NCBI GenBank assembly: GCA_964515545.1
Contig: CAZERI010000001.1
Coordinates: 69,625-133,624, forward strand
Direction of reading: 5' to 3'
Source: an uncultured Gammaproteobacteria bacterium
GTDB taxonomy: Bacteria > Patescibacteriota > Microgenomatia > Levybacterales > UBA12049
DNA: 64,000 bases
Shown here: piece by piece, positions 50,381 through 59,557 of the stretch
How positions within the stretch are numbered: the stretch's first letter is position 1
Layout of the letters: each line of letters opens with the position of its first letter
Made by a program: the position numbers and the translations under genes
Notes under the pieces: generated by a model
Databases searched by the model: none
The model's input: the letters and a program-made list of their open reading frames with translations, nothing else
Told to the model about the DNA's origin: nothing

Positions 50381-51703
50381 ATGCAGATAACTTCTGATTT
50401 GCATCTTCATTCTAAATATAGCCGTGCTGTGTCTCCACAGATGATTCTTCCTACCATGAGCCAGGTAGCTTTAGAAAAGGGTTTGCAGCTTCTTAGTGCT
50501 TCTGACTGGACCCATCCGGTCTGGTTTAAAGAAATCTCAGGCCTTTTGGATGAGGCAGGGGAGGGGGTTTATAAACTGAATATAGGGACAGAACAAATGC
50601 AGTCAATACGCTTTGTCCTTTCAACTGAAATCTCCTCAATTTACAAACAGGGAGGAAAATTGCGCCGTATCCATAATCTCATCTTTGTCTCCTCTCTTGA
50701 GAGAGCAGAAGCATTTAGTAAGGCCCTTATTGCTAAGGGATGTAATATCTCCTCAGATGGAAGGCCAATTGTAGGTCTTACGAGTAAGCAGGTTCTTGAG
50801 TTAGTACTTGAAATTGATGAAAAGGGATTTTTGATTCCTGCTCATGTCTGGACGCCACATTTTGGCATCTATGGTTCCGCAAGTGGGTTTGACTCATTAG
50901 AGGAGGCTTTTGGGGATCTTAGTAACTATATTTATGGGATTGAGACGGGGTTATCAAGTGATCCGGAGATGAACTGGCAAATTCCGGAACTCCATAACCG
51001 TTCTATTCTATCTTTCTCAGATGCTCATAGCCTGCCGAAAATGGCTAGAGAAGCAACTGCCTTGGAACTTGAAGAGATAGATTTTCCTCATCTTAAAAAG
51101 GCGATTCAAAAAGGGAGCAGTGAGAAGAATAAGGTAATTTATACTGTTGAATTTTATCCTGAGGAAGGCAAATATCATTTCTCGGGGCATAGAGCCTGTA
51201 AAACGCGTTTTACGCCTGAGGAGATAGCTGAGAAAGGGAACATCTGTCCAGTCTGCAGACGTCCCTTTACGGAAGGCGTTTTTGTGAGGCTTTCACAGCT
51301 GGCAGGCAAGAGCCAGCTTGATTCAGCTCTTATTAAGCCAAATGAAAAAGGCCTCCATTGGTTTACTGATCCGAAAAAAGTCCATCCGCCATACGTAAAA
51401 CTAGTCCCCCTCCTGGAGATTATTGCTGAAGCACTTGAGTCTACAGTAATGAGTCAAAAAGTCAGAGTACAGTACAATAAAGCTATTAAGCTTATAGGTT
51501 CAGAGCTGGATATCTTATTAAAGGCTGATATCTCTACTATTTCCCATACATTAGGGGAGAAAGTCGCCGAAGGAATCGAAAAGGTGAGAAGGGGAGAAAT
51601 AGTTATCGAGCCTGGTTTTGACGGAGAATATGGCGTAGTTAAGATATGGAATCCAGATGGTAAGACTCCCTCAGCTCTTTCTCAGACTGCCTTAGATTTT
51701 TAA
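50381..51703 (+). CDS. PHP-domain metal-dependent phosphoesterase with a C-terminal Cys4 zinc-ribbon-like segment
   Basis: PHP motif I DLHLHSKYS at the N-terminus, later His/Asp motifs, CPVCRRPF. Confidence 0.6.
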   Translation: MQITSDLHLHSKYSRAVSPQMILPTMSQVALEKGLQLLSASDWTHPVWFKEISGLLDEAGEGVYKLNIGTEQMQSIRFVLSTEISSIYKQGGKLRRIHNLIFVSSLERAEAFSKALIAKGCNISSDGRPIVGLTSKQVLELVLEIDEKGFLIPAHVWTPHFGIYGSASGFDSLEEAFGDLSNYIYGIETGLSSDPEMNWQIPELHNRSILSFSDAHSLPKMAREATALELEEIDFPHLKKAIQKGSSEKNKVIYTVEFYPEEGKYHFSGHRACKTRFTPEEIAEKGNICPVCRRPFTEGVFVRLSQLAGKSQLDSALIKPNEKGLHWFTDPKKVHPPYVKLVPLLEIIAEALESTVMSQKVRVQYNKAIKLIGSELDILLKADISTISHTLGEKVAEGIEKVRRGEIVIEPGFDGEYGVVKIWNPDGKTPSALSQTALDF

Positions 51704-51764
51704 TTCTTCTTCTAGCAAAAGTGCTAAAGCCTCGATATAATAAGGTTGAGTTTGTTGGAAGGAG

Positions 51765-52211
51765 GTGAATGAAATGAAGGATCTCAATAAATCAATAAGT
51801 GGTGTTGTTGCAAGTATGGAGGAGTTCTTTAAGAAGGCTCCTGCACTTCCTGTTGGTGTTAAGGATTTTATCGTAAAGGTAGCTCCTTACTTGGTAGTAT
51901 TAGGAGGTATTTTTGGTATTCTAGGTGGGCTGAGTAATCTATTTATGCCTCAGTCAACCTTTGTTCCAGTAGTATTAGGCAATTCATGGGCCTTCAAACT
52001 GAGTGCGCTTTTAAACATTGTCGCATCTGTTCTGATGGTAGTTGCCTTTCCTAAGCTTAAAGCACGTAAAGCAGAAGGTTGGTTACTTTTATTCTGGATT
52101 GAGATGATTAATTTACTTTCAATTCTTGTTTTTGGAGGAATAATCTCGGCAGTAATTGGAGGGTTAATCGGGTTTTATCTTCTCTTCCAGGTTAAATCTT
52201 ACTATCGTTAA
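51765..52211 (+). CDS. small multi-TM membrane protein
   Basis: Four hydrophobic helices, no motif. Confidence 0.45.
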   Translation: MNEMKDLNKSISGVVASMEEFFKKAPALPVGVKDFIVKVAPYLVVLGGIFGILGGLSNLFMPQSTFVPVVLGNSWAFKLSALLNIVASVLMVVAFPKLKARKAEGWLLLFWIEMINLLSILVFGGIISAVIGGLIGFYLLFQVKSYYR

Positions 52212-52237
52212 GATTTAATACGAATTTATTTATCAGA

Positions 52238-52270
52238 AAAGGGCAGCTCGCCTTGCGGGTTGCCTTTTCT
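52238..52270 (+). terminator. possible intrinsic terminator after the membrane protein gene
   Basis: GC-rich imperfect hairpin (AAAGGGCAGCTCGCCTTGCGGGTTGCC) followed by TTTTCT. Confidence 0.35.
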
Positions 52271-52283
52271 GTAACCTAACTTA

Positions 52284-52312
52284 TTGCCAACTTTTTTAAA
52301 ATGGCTTACAAT
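52284..52312 (+). promoter_or_regulatory. sigma70 promoter TTGCCA-17-TACAAT, 14 nt upstream of the pth ATG
   Basis: Hexamers and spacer counted from the sequence. Confidence 0.5.
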
Positions 52313-52326
52313 GCGAGTCATAGATT

Positions 52327-52968
52327 ATGAAATTAGTGATAGGATTAGGGAATCCCGGTGATAAATATGATAATACGCGCCATAATTTAGGCTTCATGGC
52401 TGTTGATCGCTTCCTCAAAGACTTCGCCCCCGTTGAAAATACTACATGGTCTGATGAAAAAAAACTAAAAAGTGATATTGCACTCATTAATTGGCAGCCA
52501 AAAACAGGACAAATGGAACGTATAATTCTTGCGAAACCTAAGACTTATATGAACAACTCGGGGATGGCAGTTCAGATGGTTGCAGATTATTACAAAGTCA
52601 AGCCTGAGGATATCTGGGTAGCCTACGATGATTTGGATCTTCCAACAGGCAGTATGAAAATCCGTTTTGGAGGAGCAGCTGCAGGGCATCATGGGGTGGA
52701 GTCGATCATGGCATCACTCAATACAGATAAATTTTGGCGGTTTAGGATGGGGATAGGACTTCCTCATGGTCATAGAGTTGATGGCGATGGTGTGGAACAT
52801 GTGCAGAGTAGACGAGCAGTTGGGAACGTCGAGGATTATGTTCTAGGTACTTTTGGTACTAAAGATCGTAATAAGATTCGCGAAGTGATTAAGGCTTGCT
52901 CCAAGGCCTTTGAAGTGGCACTTGAGAAAGATATGACAAGTGCCATGAACCGCTTTAATACAAAATAA
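52327..52968 (+). CDS. pth: peptidyl-tRNA hydrolase
   Basis: MKLVIGLGNPGDKYDNTRHNLGF and a catalytic His pattern. Confidence 0.9.
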   Translation: MKLVIGLGNPGDKYDNTRHNLGFMAVDRFLKDFAPVENTTWSDEKKLKSDIALINWQPKTGQMERIILAKPKTYMNNSGMAVQMVADYYKVKPEDIWVAYDDLDLPTGSMKIRFGGAAAGHHGVESIMASLNTDKFWRFRMGIGLPHGHRVDGDGVEHVQSRRAVGNVEDYVLGTFGTKDRNKIREVIKACSKAFEVALEKDMTSAMNRFNTK

Positions 52969-52995
52969 AGAGTACTCCTCCTGTATAATAGTCTC

Positions 52996-53289
52996 ATGCA
53001 GTCGATTAAATCTGTTTTAGATAAGTTTAATCCAGCCACGGATAAATACATTTCTCGAGAATTTCAGACGTTTGGTATTCATCTCTCAGAAGAGCTGGAT
53101 GATCATAAACACAAATCGCTCTATATAAAACTAGCTAAGACGACCAATCGTGCCTTGCTAGAGAAAGCTCTGAGCTTTGCCTGCGATAGTAAGGCAAAGA
53201 ATAAAGGAGCTCTTTTTATGTGGAAGCTGAAAGAGTTAAAGGACCTCCAGAAAAAAAATACACCAGTTCTTCAGGAGAAATTAGTGTAA
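52996..53289 (+). CDS. hypothetical protein (97 aa)
   Basis: ORF only. TAATG overlap with the next gene. Confidence 0.4.
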   Translation: MQSIKSVLDKFNPATDKYISREFQTFGIHLSEELDDHKHKSLYIKLAKTTNRALLEKALSFACDSKAKNKGALFMWKLKELKDLQKKNTPVLQEKLV

Positions 53290-53666
53290 TGTCAGATTTT
53301 AAAGACAAAGTTATCCGTGTTGTAGGCAGTATCCCTAAAGGGAAAGTAGTTAGTTATGGCCAAGTGGCTTCGTACATTGGATTACCTCGAGCTGCCCGAG
53401 AAGTAGGATGGGTAATGAGTGAAGTTGGAGAGCTTACGCCGTGGTGGAGAGTGGTGAATAACAAGGGATATATTTCAATTCGCGGTACTATGAGTGCTGA
53501 TAAAGAGAGGCAAGCGAGCCTCCTTATTATGGAAGGAGTGCCAGTTGATGAAGAATTTAAGCTCCCTATAGAAGAATACCGGTTTCGTCCAACCAAGGCG
53601 GAGTTAAAGGATTTTCAATTGGAAGATAGCTATATCCATACCCTTATTGAGAAGTATGGGGTGTAA
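53289..53666 (+). CDS. alkyltransferase-like protein (ATL): MGMT-fold DNA-binding domain with Trp replacing the catalytic Cys
   Basis: VSYGQVASYIGLPRAAREVGWVM ... PWWRVVN (the PCHRV motif of Ogt replaced by PWWRV). Confidence 0.65.
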   Translation: MSDFKDKVIRVVGSIPKGKVVSYGQVASYIGLPRAAREVGWVMSEVGELTPWWRVVNNKGYISIRGTMSADKERQASLLIMEGVPVDEEFKLPIEEYRFRPTKAELKDFQLEDSYIHTLIEKYGV

Positions 53667-53669
53667 TTA

Positions 53670-54026
53670 TCAGAGGAACCACTTCAACCGCATTACAATC
53701 TCATGGGGGGACTTTCCCCGTTGTACATAAGATTGAGCGATGAGCCGTAATTGATAACGGGTAGCTAAGAGCTGCTCCTGGTGAGAGTAAATATTTCCAT
53801 CAGCTTTTTTCTTGTGTTCAAACCCGCGAATAGGGCGGGAGATATGTTGGTCTATCCATGAAGAAATTTCATGAGGAATTTGGGTAGAAGCATCCATGGC
53901 TTCTTTTAGCATACCAAGATAGGATAAGCCCTGTGTGTAAAAGAAGTGTAATAATTTCTTATCCCGTGTCTGAGGTAGGTTTGATACAATAGAGAGACTC
54001 GAGATTCTTACAGAGTATGTCAACAT
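53670..54026 (-). CDS. hypothetical protein
   Basis: ORF only. Confidence 0.35.
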   Translation of the reverse strand: MLTYSVRISSLSIVSNLPQTRDKKLLHFFYTQGLSYLGMLKEAMDASTQIPHEISSWIDQHISRPIRGFEHKKKADGNIYSHQEQLLATRYQLRLIAQSYVQRGKSPHEIVMRLKWFL

Positions 54027-54775
54027 TTGTACTCATCATTTTTTTTACGTTTCTTGTCTCTGTCTCTTCACTTCTTTTAGTGGGGTCGCTTCTTTTGCAT
54101 AGATCATTAATGCATAAGATCTCATTCTCCCTGGTATCATTTGCTGCCGGTGCGCTTCTGGCAACGGGATTTCTTGATACTATGCAGGAAGCAGTAGAGC
54201 AGGCAGGAGGTCATAATATTTTCCTTTGGGTCACACTCTCTTTCTCGGGGTTTTTTATTATTGAGCGACTTTTTCTCCACCTCCATCATCATGATGAAGA
54301 TGATGAGGAACATAAGGAGGATCTCCAACTGCCCACAGGCCTGCTCCTTTTTGGTGATGGATTACATAATTTCATTGACGGCGCTTCGATTGCAGCAAGT
54401 TTTATGGTAAGTATACCAATGGGAATTATTACTAGTCTAACTGTCTTTATTCATGAGATTCCCCACGAGCTAGGGGATTTTGGGATTCTACTTCATAAAG
54501 GCTGGGGAAGAAAAAAAGTATTTATTTTTAATGCCCTTACAGGCTTAACGGCTTTAGGAGGTGCAATTCTGGCTTATATAGTAGGTGCTACTTTTAAAGA
54601 TGCAGTACCAATACTCCTGGCTATCACGACTGGCAATTTTATCTATCTCTCAGCCACAGATCTCCTCCCTGAGATTCACCACCATTCAAAGAAGAATCCA
54701 GCTCTTCCTCATGCTCTGCTTTTCTTAGCGGGGATTTTTACTATCTGGCTATTAACGACTTTTCTGAAGGGGTAA
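54017..54775 (+). CDS. zupT: ZIP family metal (zinc) transporter
   Basis: His/Asp/Glu-rich loop HHHDEDDEEH and the ZIP signature IHEIPHELGDFGILL. Confidence 0.8.
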   Translation: MSTFVLIIFFTFLVSVSSLLLVGSLLLHRSLMHKISFSLVSFAAGALLATGFLDTMQEAVEQAGGHNIFLWVTLSFSGFFIIERLFLHLHHHDEDDEEHKEDLQLPTGLLLFGDGLHNFIDGASIAASFMVSIPMGIITSLTVFIHEIPHELGDFGILLHKGWGRKKVFIFNALTGLTALGGAILAYIVGATFKDAVPILLAITTGNFIYLSATDLLPEIHHHSKKNPALPHALLFLAGIFTIWLLTTFLKG

Positions 54776-55300
54776 GGAGCAGGCAAAGCTTCCTTCTATT
54801 CGTTTGAGGCTGTACAAAACAGAAAAAATGAGTACTGCAAGAATAGCTGCTTGAATGAGTGGACTATGCAGCGTTATTGCTAAGACGCTTGTGGATGGTC
54901 CGAGAAGAGAAAGAAGTGTTAGACCACAGCCTGGGCAGCCAGTACTTACTAAGGCAGCTACACCTACACCACCAAGAGAAAATTTCATGTTCCCTGAACT
55001 CCTCATACGCTGCATTAAAACTATCATGAGGGTAAGGTTAAGACCCACAAGAAGAGCTACAGCTACTGTAAAAAAAACTTGGGATAGCGGGAACATGACA
55101 AAGTATCCTGTGAGAAGATCAAAGCTAAGATGGAATTTATACTCAAGAGGGAAATTCCCAAGGAGTGTGTGTGAGATGAGTGAGTGATTGAGGAAATAGA
55201 TTTGAATTAAGACGTAAGCTATTCCTAAAAGGATTGTAATTAGTGCAACCCTCCGATTGGTGAGGAGAGAGAAAGATAGCGACGTTGGCAGAAGAGACAT
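54752..55300 (-). CDS. integral membrane protein with a CPGC motif, possible thiol-disulfide redox partner of the adjacent DsbA-like protein
   Basis: Five TM helices. STGCPGCG plus an additional Cys. Adjacent to a DsbA-like gene on the same strand. Confidence 0.4.
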   Translation of the reverse strand: MSLLPTSLSFSLLTNRRVALITILLGIAYVLIQIYFLNHSLISHTLLGNFPLEYKFHLSFDLLTGYFVMFPLSQVFFTVAVALLVGLNLTLMIVLMQRMRSSGNMKFSLGGVGVAALVSTGCPGCGLTLLSLLGPSTSVLAITLHSPLIQAAILAVLIFSVLYSLKRIEGSFACSLPLQKSR

Positions 55301-55302
55301 AG

Positions 55303-56136
55303 TTATTTTTTTAGCTCTTGGTCAATGATGGTCTTGAAGGAATCATAGGGAAGTGCTCCGACAAGCATCTGCCCATTAATATAGAAGGTAGGAGTAGAGG
55401 TAACATTAACTTTTTGGCCGTCAGCCATATCAGAATCAACTTTCTTCGCCTCTTTTTTATTACTAAAGCAGTCAGTAAAGGTAGCCATATCAAGACCCAG
55501 ACTGCTTGCCCAATTAGAGATGTCAGTAGTTGAGACAGGGATAGTTCCTGCGCCTTGAGCTGCCTGCTCTGCGAATGCTTTATCATGGAACTCCCAGAAT
55601 TTGCCTTGATCGTTGGCACATTCAGAAGCTTCTGAGAGATCACGGGCAGCCGGATGAACCTCAGCCGGCAGAGGGTACTGGCGATAAGCTAGCTTTACTA
55701 AACCTTTATCAATATAGTCCTTTTTTAGCTGGGGTAGGGTATCTTCCCAGAATTGACGACAGAACAAGCATTGGAGATCAGAGAACTCAACAATTGTTAC
55801 TTTAGCGTTTGATTTGCCCATGATAGGGAGGTGTCCATTGCCGACTTTATAAAATGAAGGCGTAGGGGTGGGGACTGCTCCTTGGGCTCCTGATAAGGCG
55901 GTTCCCAGGGCTTTCTCCTTCTGCTCCCAATAGGTAATTTTGGCAGTTTGGTAGCCTGCTAAGAATGAAGCGCCTACTAATCCTAAAACAAAGATGGTAA
56001 GAAGTAGCTTAACATTTGCACGAGGGATACGCGGAAGCTTAAATTCAATATAGTCGTTTTGGGGAGTTATTTTAGGAGTAGCTTTTTTAACCGCCATATA
56101 GCATTTATTGTACGCAAATTGCGAAAAGCTTGTCAA
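55303..56136 (-). CDS. membrane-anchored DsbA-like thioredoxin-fold oxidoreductase (CLFC active site)
   Basis: N-terminal TM helix. VTIVEFSDLQCLFCRQFW CxxC thioredoxin motif. Confidence 0.7.
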   Translation of the reverse strand: MTSFSQFAYNKCYMAVKKATPKITPQNDYIEFKLPRIPRANVKLLLTIFVLGLVGASFLAGYQTAKITYWEQKEKALGTALSGAQGAVPTPTPSFYKVGNGHLPIMGKSNAKVTIVEFSDLQCLFCRQFWEDTLPQLKKDYIDKGLVKLAYRQYPLPAEVHPAARDLSEASECANDQGKFWEFHDKAFAEQAAQGAGTIPVSTTDISNWASSLGLDMATFTDCFSNKKEAKKVDSDMADGQKVNVTSTPTFYINGQMLVGALPYDSFKTIIDQELKK

Positions 56137-56319
56137 TCCAGCTAATTAGCAACAATTATAGTCGTACTATACCTAGTAGGTAATACCTGAAAGCAGTATT
56201 ATATTTCTTTTATGCAGATTTAATTAAGTCTAATAGATAAGACTTATTTTGTATATAGGTTAATAAAGTTGTTCATGTCTGTTTGATACTTGTCCTGCTG
56301 CTTGGTAGTGTATAATAAA

Positions 56320-57957
56320 ATGATGACTGACACTCAACCCACTTCCTCTTCGGTCGAGTCTCCCAGTATTAGCCTGGATTCCCCGCAGAACCCTGTAGTA
56401 ACGCATCGTGATCTTTCCGCTCTTTCGCTCTTGGTAGTAGAACAATTCGAACATCAGCATGCTGCAAACCATGAGCGTAAAATAACAGTTAATCCCTTTG
56501 TTTCTAAAGTTGCTTCAGCCTATGAAAAGCTCCGCAATGCTATGGAGTATCGAGAAGATGAAGTCATCCTCCGTTCGACAATTGAGCGTATTTTACGGCG
56601 GAGACTTCTCCTTGGGGGAACTGCAGAGACAACAGCCGAGCCTCTTGTTCGCGAGTTAATCTGGGCACGTTATCTTTCAGATAATACCGTGCCAGTCAGT
56701 GCAGTTGCTAAGGTAGAGGAGACTATTGATTTGTATTTACAGCTTCGGCTTAAAGTACTAGAAAAACACAGGGTCAAATTAAATGAAATTAATGAGTGGA
56801 CGTATCATTTGATGTCTAGTGCATTAGAGCATATTGTTAACCCTAATATGGAGAGACAGATGATAGGGAACTTTATGTATCAAGTCATGAAGGATGATGT
56901 GGTGATCGTTGATGACAAAGAGCAGACCCGCGATGCCCAAGTATATTTAGCTGTCAGGCGTGCTTTTGCCAGGGATGATCTAGCATTTCTCAGATTTCAC
57001 CTGTTTCAGCTTTATTTTGGTGAAGTTACTCTTGAGTCCCTTGACCATATTGTCTCTTCCTTTAAAGAAGGAGTTAAAGAGATTGATACCCAGCTGTCCT
57101 ATCCTCGTAAAGATCGTATCTATACATACGTCAAGAGAAGAGCTGCTGTATTTTTTATCTTAGAGGATATCTTACGTGAGCATAAGGGTTCCTTAAAAGA
57201 TGTACTGCGCGATGAAGAGAAGGTACGCCAGGCAGTGGAAAGTGCCTGTCGGACGAGGTACCAGAGTATTTCACGAAAAGTGAGGACAGCAATCATCCGT
57301 AGTTTTGTTTTTATCCTAACTACAAAGCTCATTTTTGCTTTTGCGATCGAAGGAACCTATGAGAAGATGGTCTACGGCAGTATCCAATGGGCATCACTCG
57401 CTATTAATACGACTATGCCACCTCTTTTGATGGTGATTGTAAGTCTTTTTATCAGAACGCCGGGAGAGGACAATACCAGAAGGATCACAGCCTATGTCAA
57501 GCAGTTACTTTATGATGAATCTCCTCGCTTGGGGGATCAGCTAGTCGTGAAGAAGCAAAATGAGAAGCCAAATATTATCTTTACTGCATTATGGCTATCT
57601 GCTTTCCTTATTTCATTCGGTGCAATTATTTATATCTTATATCAGCTTCATTTCAGCGTAGTGAGTATGGGCATCTTCCTCTTCTTTGTAACTATTGTCT
57701 CTTTCTTGGCTTATCGCATCAGTATGCTGGCCCATCTCTACTCAGTGGGAGAAAAACAAAACGTCCTTACACCATTTATTGATTTCTTATTTGTGCCTAT
57801 TATCAGAGTAGGAAGAAAATTAACTCAAAGTATCTCCCAAATTAATATATTTCTCTTTCTCTTCGACTTCTTAATAGAGACACCTTTTAAGGTTTTCTTT
57901 GCCTTTGTGGAGCAGTGGTTTAAATTCCTTCATGAGAAGACAGAGGACTTAGGATAG
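56320..57957 (+). CDS. hypothetical protein: approx. 330-aa soluble N-domain plus C-terminal 4-5 TM helices; TATAAT at 56311-56316 lies 3 nt before the ATG (leaderless)
   Basis: ORF with start MMTDTQP. -10 read directly. Confidence 0.5.
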   Translation: MMTDTQPTSSSVESPSISLDSPQNPVVTHRDLSALSLLVVEQFEHQHAANHERKITVNPFVSKVASAYEKLRNAMEYREDEVILRSTIERILRRRLLLGGTAETTAEPLVRELIWARYLSDNTVPVSAVAKVEETIDLYLQLRLKVLEKHRVKLNEINEWTYHLMSSALEHIVNPNMERQMIGNFMYQVMKDDVVIVDDKEQTRDAQVYLAVRRAFARDDLAFLRFHLFQLYFGEVTLESLDHIVSSFKEGVKEIDTQLSYPRKDRIYTYVKRRAAVFFILEDILREHKGSLKDVLRDEEKVRQAVESACRTRYQSISRKVRTAIIRSFVFILTTKLIFAFAIEGTYEKMVYGSIQWASLAINTTMPPLLMVIVSLFIRTPGEDNTRRITAYVKQLLYDESPRLGDQLVVKKQNEKPNIIFTALWLSAFLISFGAIIYILYQLHFSVVSMGIFLFFVTIVSFLAYRISMLAHLYSVGEKQNVLTPFIDFLFVPIIRVGRKLTQSISQINIFLFLFDFLIETPFKVFFAFVEQWFKFLHEKTEDLG

Positions 57958-58012
57958 TATTCAGCTCTTCTTCAGGTTGGCTGCATAGAGTTATGATATA
58001 CTCTCTTGCTAT

Positions 58013-58450
58013 ATGAAGCTTGTTAAAGAAAATAGTCATTATTTAGCCTTAGCCGTTGCAATTGCAGCTACGTGTGGAAGCCTATATTTTAGCGAGATAC
58101 TTAAATTCCCCCCCTGTGTTTTGTGCTGGTACCAAAGAATCTTTATGTATCCTCAGGTTGGAATTATCGTTTTAGGAATTTATTTCAAAGATAGGTACTT
58201 TTATCGGTATTCATTACTTTTTGCCAGTATTGGTATTATTATCTCTCTTTATCATAATCTCCTCTATTACAAGATTTTGCCGGAATCCGTGGCTCCTTGC
58301 ACCTTTGGAATATCCTGTACAACTAAATTTATTGAGTGGGGAGGCTTCATAACCATTCCATTCCTTTCAGGGTTAGCATTTGCAATTATTATTTTCTTTA
58401 TGCTACTCTACAGAAATTCTGTGGGGAAGAAAGAAGGGAAAAAGAAATAA
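58013..58450 (+). CDS. DsbB-like disulfide bond formation protein (BdbC type)
   Basis: Four TM helices. CVLC pair in loop 1 (PPCVLCWYQR). Second Cys pair APCTFGISC. Confidence 0.7.
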   Translation: MKLVKENSHYLALAVAIAATCGSLYFSEILKFPPCVLCWYQRIFMYPQVGIIVLGIYFKDRYFYRYSLLFASIGIIISLYHNLLYYKILPESVAPCTFGISCTTKFIEWGGFITIPFLSGLAFAIIIFFMLLYRNSVGKKEGKKK

Positions 58451-58453
58451 CCT

Positions 58454-59122
58454 ATGCGTAAAGAAGGAATTATTTTAGTCGGAATTGGAGTTATCACCCT
58501 CCTTATAGTTGTAGGAGCAGCATTTTTCCTTAGTGGTCCTTCAACTCCAAATACTCCCAAAGGAGAGGGTAAGGTATCAGACACTCAGCTTCTCTTAGGC
58601 CCAGAACAAGAACGGATGACTGAGGGAACTCCATCAGCCAAGGTAACCATGGTTGAATTCGGCGATTTTCAATGTCCAGCCTGCGGAGCAGTCCACCCAG
58701 CTGTTAAGCAAATTGTTTCTGAGTATAAAGATAAAGTCTACTTTGTCTTTAGGAATTTTCCTCTTCCTATGCATCCCAATGCACCACTCGCTGCACAAGC
58801 TGCTTATGCAGCTGGACAGCAGGGAAAATTCTGGGAAATGCATGACAAATTGTATGAATCTCAAGATGAGTGGTCTGAAAAACCAAGCGGACAGGCCAAA
58901 GATATCCTTACGTCTTTTGCTAAGGACTTAGGCCTCGATATGACGAAATTTGAGAGTGATCTTACTAAAAATGCTGGCAATACAAAAATTCAAAAAGATC
59001 AAAACGATGGCTACCAGCTGGGAGTTGACTCAACGCCTACTTTTTATATCAATGGGACAAAGTTTTCTGCAGTCCTATCTTATGATCAGCTGAAAAAAGA
59101 GATAGATTCCCGCTTGAAATAG
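58454..59122 (+). CDS. DsbA-like thiol:disulfide oxidoreductase (BdbD type, CPAC active site), membrane anchored
   Basis: VTMVEFGDFQCPACGAVHP. Immediately downstream of the DsbB-like gene. Confidence 0.75.
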   Translation: MRKEGIILVGIGVITLLIVVGAAFFLSGPSTPNTPKGEGKVSDTQLLLGPEQERMTEGTPSAKVTMVEFGDFQCPACGAVHPAVKQIVSEYKDKVYFVFRNFPLPMHPNAPLAAQAAYAAGQQGKFWEMHDKLYESQDEWSEKPSGQAKDILTSFAKDLGLDMTKFESDLTKNAGNTKIQKDQNDGYQLGVDSTPTFYINGTKFSAVLSYDQLKKEIDSRLK

Positions 59123-59209
59123 TACTTTCTTATTTCATAGTATTGACACTCAAGTAACCCTACTGGTAGTATTAAATTCTTATAACAAAACACTACGTTT
59201 TGGTAATAT

Positions 59210-59536
59210 ATGGCAGATCTAGTTATCACCGATTCTAATTTTTCTCACGAAGTTGAACAGAGTAAAACACCTGTTCTGGTAGATTTTTGGGCACCTTGGT
59301 GTGGTCCATGTAAAGTTATTGGACCTATTGTTGAGGAGCTGGCACACGAATTTGCAGGAAAAGTAAAAGTAGGGAAGTTAAATGTAGATGAAAATCAGCA
59401 GACAGCTGGGCAATTTGGTGTGATGTCTATCCCGACTCTTCTTTTTTTCAAAAATGGTAAGCCCGTTGACTCAATAGTTGGAGCACAAAGTAAAGAAACT
59501 ATCAAGCAAAAGATGGCCAAGCTTCTTACGGCCTAA
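59210..59536 (+). CDS. trxA: thioredoxin
   Basis: WAPWCGPCK active site. 108 aa. Confidence 0.9.
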   Translation: MADLVITDSNFSHEVEQSKTPVLVDFWAPWCGPCKVIGPIVEELAHEFAGKVKVGKLNVDENQQTAGQFGVMSIPTLLFFKNGKPVDSIVGAQSKETIKQKMAKLLTA

Positions 59537-59557
59537 CTTTTTAATGTCTTCCCTTAT

